From positions 1 through 35,626 of the IMG/VR virus record IMGVR_UViG_3300044740_000064: a stretch of DNA of 35,626 bases; one strand, 5' to 3'. The position numbers and the translations under genes were made by a program. Each line of letters starts with the position of its first letter. Positions within the stretch are counted from its first letter, which is position 1. This document shows positions 17,020 to 27,079 of this stretch, piece by piece. A model generated the notes under the pieces. That model worked only from the letters and a program-made list of their open reading frames with translations. It was not told where the DNA came from and did not search any database. The DNA is from a virus. Lineage: Duplodnaviria; Caudoviricetes.

Positions 17020-19080
17020 ATGAGTTGGTATCATCCCGGTTTCGCTTTCAAGAAGGCGATGGTCATTCCCCGTGCCAATGTCAGTGGGGGAAGCGACCTC
17101 CCAGACTTTCCTGTGCTGGTTTCCGTCTCCTCTCCCGACTTGAAATCTGCCTCCTTTGGGGGATTGGTCTGTTCGCCCGTGGGGCTTGATCTCCTCTTTA
17201 CGGATGCAAACGAGCAGAGAGAATTGGCCTATGAAGTGGAGAGCTATAGTGCGGAGACCGGGGCACTGCTCGCCTGGGTGCGTGTCCCTGTCTTGTCGGC
17301 AAGTCGTGACACCGAAGTGTATCTCTACTTCGGCAATCCCACGATCACGCTTCCCTTATCCAATGCCATTGGCACCTGGGACCCCTACTTCTCAAGTGTG
17401 TGGCACCTGGGCAATGGGGTTCAGCTCAATGCGTATGACTCCTCCACGAATATCGCGGGTTTTCCCCAAACAGCACTGCCGACCGAGGGTCTTATCAACG
17501 GGGGAGCAGCCTATACGGGGCAAGAGACCATCCAAAGTCTCAATACGGGGAGACTTGACATGTCCTTATCCTCCCCCTTCGTCCTGTATGGGTCGGCGAC
17601 TCATGACGCGACACTCACCACGGCGTGCGACCTGGCAGCGTTTCAAGGCGGAACAGAGACCTCTGCTACCACCACCGTCACGGGGACAAATGCCTATGCC
17701 GAAATCCAGTCGACATCCGGGACGGTTGCGAGTGTTTCGAGCATTCCTGGGGCGCCAACGGGCAAAGGATGGGTCTATCAGCCTGGGACTGGAACGTTTG
17801 TCGCAGGCAATTGGAGTGCCTCAGTGACACTCTCGTCGAATCAGTGGGGAGGATCAGGACATACCGATGTCACCCTTCGCTTTTTTAAGTATTCGAGCGG
17901 AACCTATACCTCCATCGGGACCATCAACACGGCCATTACTGGGACAGCCAAAACCACGTATTCCTTCTCGGACACAGCTCTGTCGTCTCTCACTTTCGGG
18001 GCGAATGACCTGCTCTACGTAGACCTGTGGTGGCATGACAACAATGCCTATGCTGGCACTGACAATCCAACCGTGTACGTCTCCTCCTCCTCGTCTGTCG
18101 GGGTAGCCGATGACATGCAGATCATTACGTCCACGTTCGTGCCCAGTGGACTTGTCGGCCCGACAGTTACCCTTTCAGCCTGGGCGAAACGAGAGCGAAT
18201 AGGGACCTGGCAAACGCTCATCGCTCATGGGACAGGGACCGGGCGGGATTACGATTTCGCCTTCTCAGGAGGGAGCACCTATCCTTCAGGCAGTGGAACA
18301 ACAACGGGGTCTTCGGCTGACAATCTCGTCTTTCTCTATCGAGATCCAAGCGACACCACCTGGCACTGCTACGCTTCGACGGCTACCTATACGGATACAA
18401 CCAGTTGGCATCATTATGCGGTGACGTATACGTATGGCGTGCCGCAATCGGCCACCTTGTATGTGGATGGCGTGGCCGTCTCAGGCAGGTGGACGAATGG
18501 CACAGGAGCCGTGCCACCTTTTGCCACCTATGACAACTTGGCGATTGGCTCAACGACTGATAGCGGGGAAGCGTTCTTCGGCACGCTGGATGAAGTGCAT
18601 ATCTCCAAAGGCACAACACGGGGCGCAGGCTGGATTGCCACTGAGTATCTCAATCAGGTGAATCCCTCGGCCTTCCTTCGGGAGGGAGAGACGGTTGCCT
18701 TCGAGGGAAACGTGGATATCCCCCTCATTGTGGCCTATGGCAGCACGACGGCGAAGACGTTCTCCCAACAGAACAATACAAGAGCACGGGGAGTGAGGCT
18801 CGTGCTCAACACCACGTATCTGCAAGGGGACAATCCCCTGATTGTCACGCTGGCAGGCCAGGATGATACGAGTGGCACCCCAATCATCCTGGCCTCATGG
18901 ACGACACAGGCACAGGTGACGGGACAAGCATTGGGCACGACGATCATGACCTATTATCCAGGCTTGCCCAACTCCTCTCTTGTCACATCGGGCCTCTTGC
19001 CCAAAGTGTGGGAGGTCAGTGTGAGTCCAACCACGAACGAGCCTGCTTCATATACGCTGGGAGCCTCACTCATCGTGTAG
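17020..19080 (+). CDS. DUF2341 + LamG protein (with inserted beta domain) and C-terminal module A
   Basis: GAGGAG RBS, ATG 17020; WHHYAVTY...LYVDG...GTLDEVHIS; QQNNTRARGV...LPKVW. Confidence 0.88.
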   Translation: MSWYHPGFAFKKAMVIPRANVSGGSDLPDFPVLVSVSSPDLKSASFGGLVCSPVGLDLLFTDANEQRELAYEVESYSAETGALLAWVRVPVLSASRDTEVYLYFGNPTITLPLSNAIGTWDPYFSSVWHLGNGVQLNAYDSSTNIAGFPQTALPTEGLINGGAAYTGQETIQSLNTGRLDMSLSSPFVLYGSATHDATLTTACDLAAFQGGTETSATTTVTGTNAYAEIQSTSGTVASVSSIPGAPTGKGWVYQPGTGTFVAGNWSASVTLSSNQWGGSGHTDVTLRFFKYSSGTYTSIGTINTAITGTAKTTYSFSDTALSSLTFGANDLLYVDLWWHDNNAYAGTDNPTVYVSSSSSVGVADDMQIITSTFVPSGLVGPTVTLSAWAKRERIGTWQTLIAHGTGTGRDYDFAFSGGSTYPSGSGTTTGSSADNLVFLYRDPSDTTWHCYASTATYTDTTSWHHYAVTYTYGVPQSATLYVDGVAVSGRWTNGTGAVPPFATYDNLAIGSTTDSGEAFFGTLDEVHISKGTTRGAGWIATEYLNQVNPSAFLREGETVAFEGNVDIPLIVAYGSTTAKTFSQQNNTRARGVRLVLNTTYLQGDNPLIVTLAGQDDTSGTPIILASWTTQAQVTGQALGTTIMTYYPGLPNSSLVTSGLLPKVWEVSVSPTTNEPASYTLGASLIV

Positions 19081-19107
19081 TGATGAGCGAAGAAAGGAGC
19101 CGCGACG

Positions 19108-22100
19108 ATGACAGCTACGCAAGTCAACATAGTTGATCCGACCACTCCAACCAATCAACTAGCGGTCAACTCGCTGGGACAACTTGCCATCTCCAATTTC
19201 CCGGCGACTCAATCCGTGGTGGGCACGGTCAATGTCGCGGCCTTCCCTGCTAATCAGGTGGTAAGCGGGACGATTGATGTGACCGACCGCACCACGAGGC
19301 AATTAGGAGTGGTCTCCGTCTCTACCGGAACGCTCAACGTAGTTCCACAGGCCACGTCGTCGGTCTCTGTGACCTTACAAAATGCACAGAGCGCCTCTGC
19401 GAATGGGACGCCTCTTTCTGTCATGGGCTATGGCTCGGTGATGTTCACAGTGACGATGACCGGCTTCACTGGAACCGTGAACTTCGAGGGATCGGAAGAT
19501 GGGACGAACTACGATCTCTTGCTCTGCACGCAGCAAGGAACCACGACCACCCTCACAAGCGTTTCGGGGACCTCAACCACGAGCATTCACCTCTATGCCG
19601 CCGCGTGCGCGGGCTTGACCTCGGTTCGCGCCCGGACCAGTAATGTCTCAGCCGGGGCCGTCACGGTGACGGCCCATGCCATCCCCATTGGGGGGAGCAG
19701 TGGAGGAGGCGGTGGAGGAGGCAGTAGTAATGCAAGTGTCAGTACAACAGGATCGGCAGTTCCCGCCTCGGCCACCTATGTCGGAGCCTCTGATGGCGCG
19801 AATCTCAAAGGCTTGCTTGTCGATGCTTCTGGCTTCCTCAAAGTCAATGTGGCAGCGGGCGGCGGATCGGGTGGCACCTCGTCCACCTTCGGGGCAGCTT
19901 TCCCTGGGACAGGCACCGCTTCTGGCTTTACCGATGGGACGAATATGCAGGCGGGGAAAGTCTTTGATGCCGATACAGGCGTAGGGACCGAATACCTGCA
20001 AGGAGTCATCCTTCGCAAGAGTGCTTCGGGTGGCTCAGTCGAGGCAGGGACATCAAGCAATCCGCTGCGCATTGATCCGACAGGGACCACAACGCAACCC
20101 GTGAGCGGGACGATCACGGCCAATGCAGGGACGGGGAGCTTTACCGTTGTACAGGCCACCGGCTCCAATTTGCATGCTGTTCTTGACAGTGGCTCCACGA
20201 CGGCAGTGACCCAGACGACCGCCTCCAATCTCAATGCCCAGGTCGTTGGAAGTGTGGCATCTGGCTCTTCCAATACTGGCAATCCCGTCAAAATCGGCGG
20301 CGCATTCAATACCACACAGCCCACCGTCACGAATGGGCAAGCGGTCGATGCCCAGTATACAGCTCGCGGGGCAGCGATTGTCGCTACAGGGGTGGATGCT
20401 TTTGCGGTCAATGCCTCCCAATCGGGCACCTGGAACATTACCAATATTTCTGGCACGGTCTCACTTCCAACGGGAGCCGCTACTTCTGCCAAGCAACCTG
20501 CGCTTGGCACAGCAGGCAGTGCCTCAACGGATGTGATTACCGTGCAAGGGATCGCCTCGATGACGGCGCTCAAAGTGGATGGCTCCGCCGTGACGCAACC
20601 CGTGTCGGGGACCGTGACCGCCAACATCGGGACAACGAACGGGCTGGCGCTCGATACCTCCGTGAATGGCTTGCTCGTCTCACAAGGCTCGACGACCTCG
20701 GGCCAAAAAGGGCCATTGCTGCAAGGGGCAGTAACACTGTCCGCTCCCACCTATACGACGGCACAAACCAGCCCCATTTCCTTGACCACTGCGGGCGCGA
20801 TCCGTGTAGATGCTTCCGCTACCACGCAGCCGATTTCGGGAACCGTGACGGCCAATGCAGGGAGCGGGACCTTCACCATTCAGTCGAATGCCAGCGTCAA
20901 TCTCAACCAGATTGCAGGCTCATCTGTCTCAACCGCAGCCACTGGCATCATCAAGGTTGGGCTGACCGATGCATCAGGCAATGCGCTCAATTCCACCTCC
21001 AATGCACTCAACGTCTCTCAACAGGCGACAGGCTCTGTCTCCGCGACGATGCAGAACGCAGCATCGGCAAACGGGAATGGCACGACGCTCACCACGCTGG
21101 GCATGGCAACGGTAGCCTTTACGGTGAGCGGCACCTTTAGCGCAACGATTAACTTTGAAGGCACCGAAGACAATTCCAATTGGTCAGCGATAGAAGTCAC
21201 CGCTTTCAACTCGACCACACCACAGACCACGACGACGACGACGGGATCGTTTGCAGGGTCCTGCGCGGGGATGCAGTCGGTGCGTGCTCGCATCAGTGGC
21301 TATGCTTCGGGCAATGTGACCGTGACGGCTCATGCGGTGCCACTCGGTGGCGCAGGTGGCGGTGGTGGCGGTGGTGGGTCAAATGCCAGCGTCGGGACGA
21401 CGGCCTCAGCAGTTCCCGCCTCGGCCACCTATGTCGGGGGGAATAAATCTGGCAACCTCACAGGACTCTCTCTAGACGCATCAGGCAATCTCAACGTCAA
21501 CGTGGCAGCGGGTGGTGGTTCAGGAGGCACCTCGTCCTCCTTTGGGGCTGCTTTTCCCGCTACAGGAACAGCAATAGGGGCCAGCGATGGCACCAATATG
21601 CAGGGGTTACTCGTGGAGTCCTCCTCGAATAAGAATCTGCGTGTGGCGCTCTACAATGGTGCAACAGAAGCCTCTGTTACCGGGGCCAATGCGCTCAAAG
21701 TCGATGGGAGTGCGGTGACTCAGCCGGTGAGCGGGACGATCACGGCCAACGCGGGGACAGGCACCTTCACGAACCAACAATCCAACATCACCACAGACTA
21801 TGACACCAGCGCGGGCACGCAGACCATGACCATGTTCGGGGTGGCACTTCCGGCGAGTGGAGGAGCCGTTGCTGGTGGCACGAGCAGTAATCCGCTGCGC
21901 ACTGACCCGACAGGGACCACAACACAGCCCGTGAGTGGGACGGTCACGGCCAATATTGGCACGACCAACGGCTTAGCCCTCGACTCCTCAGTGAATGGCC
22001 TGCTGGTTTCGCAAGGCTCCACCACATCAGGAGAAAAAGGCCCGCTCATCCAAGGAGCCGTTACCACGAATGCTCCTTCCTACACCACGGCACAGACCAG

Positions 22101-25100
22101 TCCGCTCTCGCTGGACACTTCTGGCCTGTTGCGTGCGAGTCTCAAAGATACCCCATCAAATACCAATAACCTCAACGTGAATCTGGCCGCATCGGCGGCG
22201 ACTGTGACCGTTTCGGGCACCGTGACCGCCAACCAGGGAGGCTCAAACTGGTCAACGAACGTGGCCCAGTTCGGGGGCAGCAATGTCGTGACGGGAACAG
22301 GGGCCTCTGGCGCTGGGATCCCTCGTGTCACCCTCTCCAATGACTCCTCACTGGCGGCCAACCAGAGCGTCAATGTGAATCAGATTGGCGGATCTGCAAT
22401 TGTAACGGCTGCAACGGGGGTGCAGAAAGTCGGAATCGTTGGCAATGCCGGGGCGACCATTGATAGCACGGTAGGAGCAGGGACAGCGCCTACGAATCAA
22501 GTGGTGGTTGGCTCAGTCTACAATGCTTCGGCACCTGCTCCCACGAGCGGGCAGGCGATGGCCCTGCAAGCCGACCAAGCTGGCAATCTAAGAACCTTCC
22601 CTGGTATTGCGCTGGCTTCCCTTTCCGCCTGGAATAGTTCAACGGGACTCAATGCGACACAGAACATCTTTACGAATTCGGGAGCACAGGCCGTCCTGGT
22701 GCAACTGACCCAGACCACGACGCTGACAGCCGGAGCGATTACCTTTGAAGTGAGTTATGATGGGTCCAACTGGTCTACGATCCCGGCAAGTGGTGTCCTT
22801 GATCCGACCTCGACCACGTTTGCTCAAATTAGCCTTCCGTATACAGTCCAGGCTAGCACGAATAAGCAGTTTTTGCTGAACATGAATGGAGCCCAAGGAC
22901 TACGCATCAAACTCTCCACCCAGATCACGGGAACCGGAACCGTCACACCGAATTATGCCCTCTTGCCTGACTCCCCTACTGATACCGTGATTGCTCTGTC
23001 TCCCACGGCGGCAAACTTCAATGTGACTGCCAGCCAGGGAGGGACCTGGACCGTGCAGCCAGGCAATACCGCGAACACCACTCCCTGGCTCACCACGATT
23101 AACCAGGGGGGCAACAGTGCGACGGTCACGGCCTCCAATGCGCTCAAGGTAGACGGCTCTGGTGTGACCCAGCCCGTGAGTGGGACGGTCACGGCCAATA
23201 TTGGCACGACCAATGGTCTGGCCCTGGACACATCCGTCAATGGGCTCCTCCTCTCGCAAGGCTCCACCACCTCGGGGCAAAAAGGGGTGCTCATCCAGGG
23301 GGCCGTGACCACCAACGCCCCAAGCTACACCACGGCCCAGACTTCCCCATTGTCGCTGGATACGTCGGGGCTCTTGCGTGCAAGCTTAAAGGATACTCCC
23401 TCAAATACCAATAACCTCAACGTGAATCTGGCCGCATCGGCGGCGACCGTCACCGTTTCGGGCACGGTGACCGCCAATGCTGGCACAGGGACCATGAATG
23501 TGGCGCAACAGGCTTCAGGCTCGACAAGTGCGACTCTCCAAAGTGCCCAGACGGGCAACGCCAACGGGACCTCCCTCACGGTTCTGGGGATGGCAACCGT
23601 CGTCTTTACGGTGACGGTGAGTGGTTTTACAGGAACCGTGAACTTCGAGGGAACAGAGGATAACTCCAACTGGTCCTCTTTGCTCTGTACGCTCGCAGGA
23701 GGTACGACAACCAGTACCACCGCAACCAGCGCTGGTCAATATAGCGCTCCGTGTGCAGGACTGCAAAGTGTGCGTGCTCGCACCAGCGGCGTCTCAGCAG
23801 GCAATGTGACCGTGACAGCTCATGCCGTGCCTGTTTCTGGCGGTGGTGGCGGTGGTGGCAGTGGCAGCAATGCCTCCGTTGGCGCAACGGCTTCCGCTGT
23901 TCCCAGTTCGGCAACCTATCTCGGTGCCAATAAGAGCGGCAATCTCACCGGCTTATCCTTGGACACCTCGGGCAATCTCAACGTCAACGTGGCAGCCGGG
24001 GGGGGCAGTGGTGGCACGTCCTCCAATTTCGGCTCTGCCTTCCCAGGCACTGGTACGGCTATTGGCGCTTCTGACGGCACCAATATGCAGGGCTTATTGG
24101 TGGAGTCCTCCTCGAATAAGAATCTGCGTGTGGCGCTCTACAATGGTGCAACAGAAGCCTCTGTTACCGGGGCCAATGCGCTCAAAGTCGATGGGAGTGC
24201 GGTGACTCAGCCAGCCAACATTACGCAGTTTGGTGGAAACAACGTTGCCACAGGGGCTGGCGCATCTGGGGTGGGAATACCGCGTGTGACGGTCTCCAAT
24301 GACTCACAGGTGCAGGTATGGGATGGGACAACTGGTCCAGTTGCGGCAAAGGCGGCCAGAACACCTCCTGCCCTTGCTGACATCTCACATGTGCATTCGA
24401 TTAGCCCCAACAACACAGGACTCCCAGTCAATCTTGAGTCCATTGTACAGAGCCGTGCGAATAAAAGCAGCGGCTCAGTGGCCTCGCTTGCTCTGGCTTT
24501 TACAAGCAACAATACACAAGGCAACTCCATCATCGTGGTCTGTGCAGTGGGCAATGGGACCGCTCCAACCATTAGTGACACCAATAGCAATAGCTACACG
24601 CAAGCGGCCCAGGTCGCCAACGGGACAGCATTCAATGTCGCTGTCTTCTACTCAGTCGGCCCGACGAGTGGAGGCGGTATTGCTTCAGGGGCCAATACCG
24701 TGACAGTGAATAATGGAGGCACGACGGCCTCCATTGCTATGGAGATTTACGAGGTATCCGGGCTCATCACGCAAGTGCAGGCCCAACCTGACGCGACGGC
24801 GACCGCTACAGGCTCTTCAGGAACGGCGGCGACGGCGAACATCAATGCTGCCTCTCCCAACGAATATGCCTTTGCAGGCGTTGGCATCGGCACAGCAGCC
24901 CAAACCATCACGGTGGGATCAGGCTGGACGAATGACTCTGGCCAGCAGAACCCAACAACGCCTGCGGGTCTGTTCTCCTTCGTGTCGATGTCCCAGTTCT
25001 TGGGGAACACGAAAACGGTTACTCCACAAGCGACCTTCACGAGTGAGCCGTGGGCCATTGCAGTGGCAACCTTCAGACCAGTGCTCCTGGGGATCGGGGG

Positions 25101-25425
25101 AACCGTCAATGTGGCCCCTGCGGCATCGGGCTATGTGAGTGCCTATGGCAGTAATCCGGCCAATACAGGCACGGCCAATACGGATGCCACCTTTAAGTGG
25201 GGGGCATTAGGAAGTACATCCGTGAACCATCTGATGATTCAAAATAACTCGACCTCAAACGTCCTGTGGGACTTAGACACGGCTACCACTTCTGCCAGTC
25301 CAATCATCGCTCCAGGGCAGACGATCTTCTTTGATGTCCAAACAACCGTTGTTCATCTGCAAAGTGCCACGGCCAATGTGCCCATTAACGCGGCATCGGG
25401 ATTGATTGTTCGGGGGTGGTTATAG
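19108..25425 (+). CDS. Giant (2105 aa) beta-strand repeat protein, putative virion fibre/appendage
   Basis: AAAGGAG RBS; very S/T/G/A/N-rich; recurring TQPVSGT(V/I)TAN, three NFEG(S/T)ED...VRAR modules, poly-Gly hinges; no signal peptide seen. Confidence 0.8.
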   Translation: MTATQVNIVDPTTPTNQLAVNSLGQLAISNFPATQSVVGTVNVAAFPANQVVSGTIDVTDRTTRQLGVVSVSTGTLNVVPQATSSVSVTLQNAQSASANGTPLSVMGYGSVMFTVTMTGFTGTVNFEGSEDGTNYDLLLCTQQGTTTTLTSVSGTSTTSIHLYAAACAGLTSVRARTSNVSAGAVTVTAHAIPIGGSSGGGGGGGSSNASVSTTGSAVPASATYVGASDGANLKGLLVDASGFLKVNVAAGGGSGGTSSTFGAAFPGTGTASGFTDGTNMQAGKVFDADTGVGTEYLQGVILRKSASGGSVEAGTSSNPLRIDPTGTTTQPVSGTITANAGTGSFTVVQATGSNLHAVLDSGSTTAVTQTTASNLNAQVVGSVASGSSNTGNPVKIGGAFNTTQPTVTNGQAVDAQYTARGAAIVATGVDAFAVNASQSGTWNITNISGTVSLPTGAATSAKQPALGTAGSASTDVITVQGIASMTALKVDGSAVTQPVSGTVTANIGTTNGLALDTSVNGLLVSQGSTTSGQKGPLLQGAVTLSAPTYTTAQTSPISLTTAGAIRVDASATTQPISGTVTANAGSGTFTIQSNASVNLNQIAGSSVSTAATGIIKVGLTDASGNALNSTSNALNVSQQATGSVSATMQNAASANGNGTTLTTLGMATVAFTVSGTFSATINFEGTEDNSNWSAIEVTAFNSTTPQTTTTTTGSFAGSCAGMQSVRARISGYASGNVTVTAHAVPLGGAGGGGGGGGSNASVGTTASAVPASATYVGGNKSGNLTGLSLDASGNLNVNVAAGGGSGGTSSSFGAAFPATGTAIGASDGTNMQGLLVESSSNKNLRVALYNGATEASVTGANALKVDGSAVTQPVSGTITANAGTGTFTNQQSNITTDYDTSAGTQTMTMFGVALPASGGAVAGGTSSNPLRTDPTGTTTQPVSGTVTANIGTTNGLALDSSVNGLLVSQGSTTSGEKGPLIQGAVTTNAPSYTTAQTSPLSLDTSGLLRASLKDTPSNTNNLNVNLAASAATVTVSGTVTANQGGSNWSTNVAQFGGSNVVTGTGASGAGIPRVTLSNDSSLAANQSVNVNQIGGSAIVTAATGVQKVGIVGNAGATIDSTVGAGTAPTNQVVVGSVYNASAPAPTSGQAMALQADQAGNLRTFPGIALASLSAWNSSTGLNATQNIFTNSGAQAVLVQLTQTTTLTAGAITFEVSYDGSNWSTIPASGVLDPTSTTFAQISLPYTVQASTNKQFLLNMNGAQGLRIKLSTQITGTGTVTPNYALLPDSPTDTVIALSPTAANFNVTASQGGTWTVQPGNTANTTPWLTTINQGGNSATVTASNALKVDGSGVTQPVSGTVTANIGTTNGLALDTSVNGLLLSQGSTTSGQKGVLIQGAVTTNAPSYTTAQTSPLSLDTSGLLRASLKDTPSNTNNLNVNLAASAATVTVSGTVTANAGTGTMNVAQQASGSTSATLQSAQTGNANGTSLTVLGMATVVFTVTVSGFTGTVNFEGTEDNSNWSSLLCTLAGGTTTSTTATSAGQYSAPCAGLQSVRARTSGVSAGNVTVTAHAVPVSGGGGGGGSGSNASVGATASAVPSSATYLGANKSGNLTGLSLDTSGNLNVNVAAGGGSGGTSSNFGSAFPGTGTAIGASDGTNMQGLLVESSSNKNLRVALYNGATEASVTGANALKVDGSAVTQPANITQFGGNNVATGAGASGVGIPRVTVSNDSQVQVWDGTTGPVAAKAARTPPALADISHVHSISPNNTGLPVNLESIVQSRANKSSGSVASLALAFTSNNTQGNSIIVVCAVGNGTAPTISDTNSNSYTQAAQVANGTAFNVAVFYSVGPTSGGGIASGANTVTVNNGGTTASIAMEIYEVSGLITQVQAQPDATATATGSSGTAATANINAASPNEYAFAGVGIGTAAQTITVGSGWTNDSGQQNPTTPAGLFSFVSMSQFLGNTKTVTPQATFTSEPWAIAVATFRPVLLGIGGTVNVAPAASGYVSAYGSNPANTGTANTDATFKWGALGSTSVNHLMIQNNSTSNVLWDLDTATTSASPIIAPGQTIFFDVQTTVVHLQSATANVPINAASGLIVRGWL
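21613..21725 (+). repeat. 113-bp exact direct repeat, copy 1
   Basis: Identical to 24100-24212. Confidence 0.92.
24100..24212 (+). repeat. 113-bp exact direct repeat, copy 2
   Basis: Identical to 21613-21725. Confidence 0.92.
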
Positions 25426-26148
25426 ATGAGCTTCACAGCGACCTCCTATGCCTCGGTCATCATGCGTGATGGCCCCATCAGGTATTTTCGACTTGGGGAG
25501 ACTTCAGGCACCACGGCGGCTGATAGTAGCTCATCTGCTCAAAACGGCACCCTCAACGGAACCGTGACCCTCAATCAGACGGGATTGATCACAGGCGATC
25601 CGAACGCGGCGATGCTCTTTGACGGGAGTACGGGCTTCGTGAGTTGTCCGTCGACGGGATTGCCCACAGGGGCGGCTTCCTTCTCGCTTGAGGCATGGGC
25701 CAAAATGCCCACTCCCCTGCAAACCTCTCAGAGCTTTGGGATTATTGTGGCTTACGGGGGATCGACGACGAATTCGGAGCCAGAACTCTATTTCCAGAAG
25801 AGTGATTCAACTCTGCGAGGCGATGCAGGAGGCACTCAGCCTGCTGGGGTCACAGCCGTTGCAGGGACAACGTATCACCTTGTCCTGACCTATGATGGAA
25901 GCATCCTGCGCTTCTACTCCAATGGCACCCAGGCAGGCACAGCCACAGTGACGGTCAATGTCTCCCTGTCCTTTGCCAAGATCGGTGCGGAGCAAGCGAC
26001 GACGTCACACTTTTTTCAAGGCACCATTGATGAGGTGGCCATCTACAACAAGGTCCTGACTGCCGATCAAATCTTGCGCCACTATCAGGCAGGGATACAG
26101 GGCCTCATCCTCCAACCACGATCACGCACGATAGGGAGGGTCCTCTAA
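25426..26148 (+). CDS. LamG/ConA-like domain protein
   Basis: PIRYFRLGETSG...FSLEAW...YHLVLTYDG...GTIDEVAIY; abuts upstream stop, TAATG-coupled downstream. Confidence 0.88.
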   Translation: MSFTATSYASVIMRDGPIRYFRLGETSGTTAADSSSSAQNGTLNGTVTLNQTGLITGDPNAAMLFDGSTGFVSCPSTGLPTGAASFSLEAWAKMPTPLQTSQSFGIIVAYGGSTTNSEPELYFQKSDSTLRGDAGGTQPAGVTAVAGTTYHLVLTYDGSILRFYSNGTQAGTATVTVNVSLSFAKIGAEQATTSHFFQGTIDEVAIYNKVLTADQILRHYQAGIQGLILQPRSRTIGRVL

Positions 26149-27056
26149 TGGCCTTAGTCTCTACGTACCTTGACCCGCTCGCCTACCAACGCGCCCCTAC
26201 GGGGCTGGAAAGTTCATCGCTTCTCTCCAACCTCCTCCGCCTTTCAAGTAGTGTTGCCGTCGGTGCTACCCAATTATCCGTCCAGGCACCAGGGCTCACG
26301 ACGAACCTTTCTCTGGGAGACCGTCTCACGATCTTCGATGGACTGAACAGTGAAGTCGTCACCGTCACCGTTTCCACCGACACGCTCGGCGATCAGACCA
26401 TCCAATGCACACCTCCCCTTGCCGCTCACGCCTCGGGCACCATCCTCTGCGGCGACGGCATCATGGGCAGTCTTGCCGATCAGATCGTCAACGCCTCAGC
26501 CACCCTGGAAAACATCTGCCGCCAGTCGCTATGGATCAGCACGTACACGAATGAGACCCTGAGAATGCCGAGCATGCGAGCCTCCATCGACAACCAGGGC
26601 ATGCTCATCTTCCGCCCTCGCCATTTCCCTGTCATCGGGGACAGCGGCATCACGATCAAGCAGAACAATAGCAACCCTGTCACCTACGATGCCACACAAA
26701 TCATCATCGATGGAGAAGCTGAAGTGGTTTCGGTGCCGTGGGTGACAGTGGCCACAGGAGGCGGTGGTGGAGGCAGCACGTATAGCATTCTCAGGAACGT
26801 CACTCGCAGCAGCAATCTCTGGTTGCAGATCACCTACAATGCGGGGTGGGCCGCGATGCCAGGGGATGTGACCGAGGCGATGATTTGTTTGGTGTCGGAT
26901 TTGTTGGGAAAGAGATCCAATCCGCTGTTTAGTCAAAATTTTTCACTGGAAGGCAAAACCATCCAGCGCGTTTCATCAAGAGATATCAAAGGACAAGGCG
27001 GTTTGTACGCACGTGCCCTCGAACTCTTGTCTCCATACGTCGTTCGCCAGTATTGA
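26148..27056 (+). CDS. Head-tail adaptor/connector (SPP1 gp15/HK97 gp6-like, enlarged)
   Basis: IVNASATLENICRQ...ITYNAGW..MPGDVTEAM...ALELLSPY; first gene of neck module. Confidence 0.7.
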   Translation: MALVSTYLDPLAYQRAPTGLESSSLLSNLLRLSSSVAVGATQLSVQAPGLTTNLSLGDRLTIFDGLNSEVVTVTVSTDTLGDQTIQCTPPLAAHASGTILCGDGIMGSLADQIVNASATLENICRQSLWISTYTNETLRMPSMRASIDNQGMLIFRPRHFPVIGDSGITIKQNNSNPVTYDATQIIIDGEAEVVSVPWVTVATGGGGGGSTYSILRNVTRSSNLWLQITYNAGWAAMPGDVTEAMICLVSDLLGKRSNPLFSQNFSLEGKTIQRVSSRDIKGQGGLYARALELLSPYVVRQY

Positions 27057-27079
27057 TGATGAGCTTAAAAGGAGGAGAC

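Noticed and set aside
19593-25138. Many minus-strand and alternate-frame ORFs inside the giant gene (for example 19776-20750)
   Set aside because: Shadows of S/T/G/A/V-biased repetitive codons.
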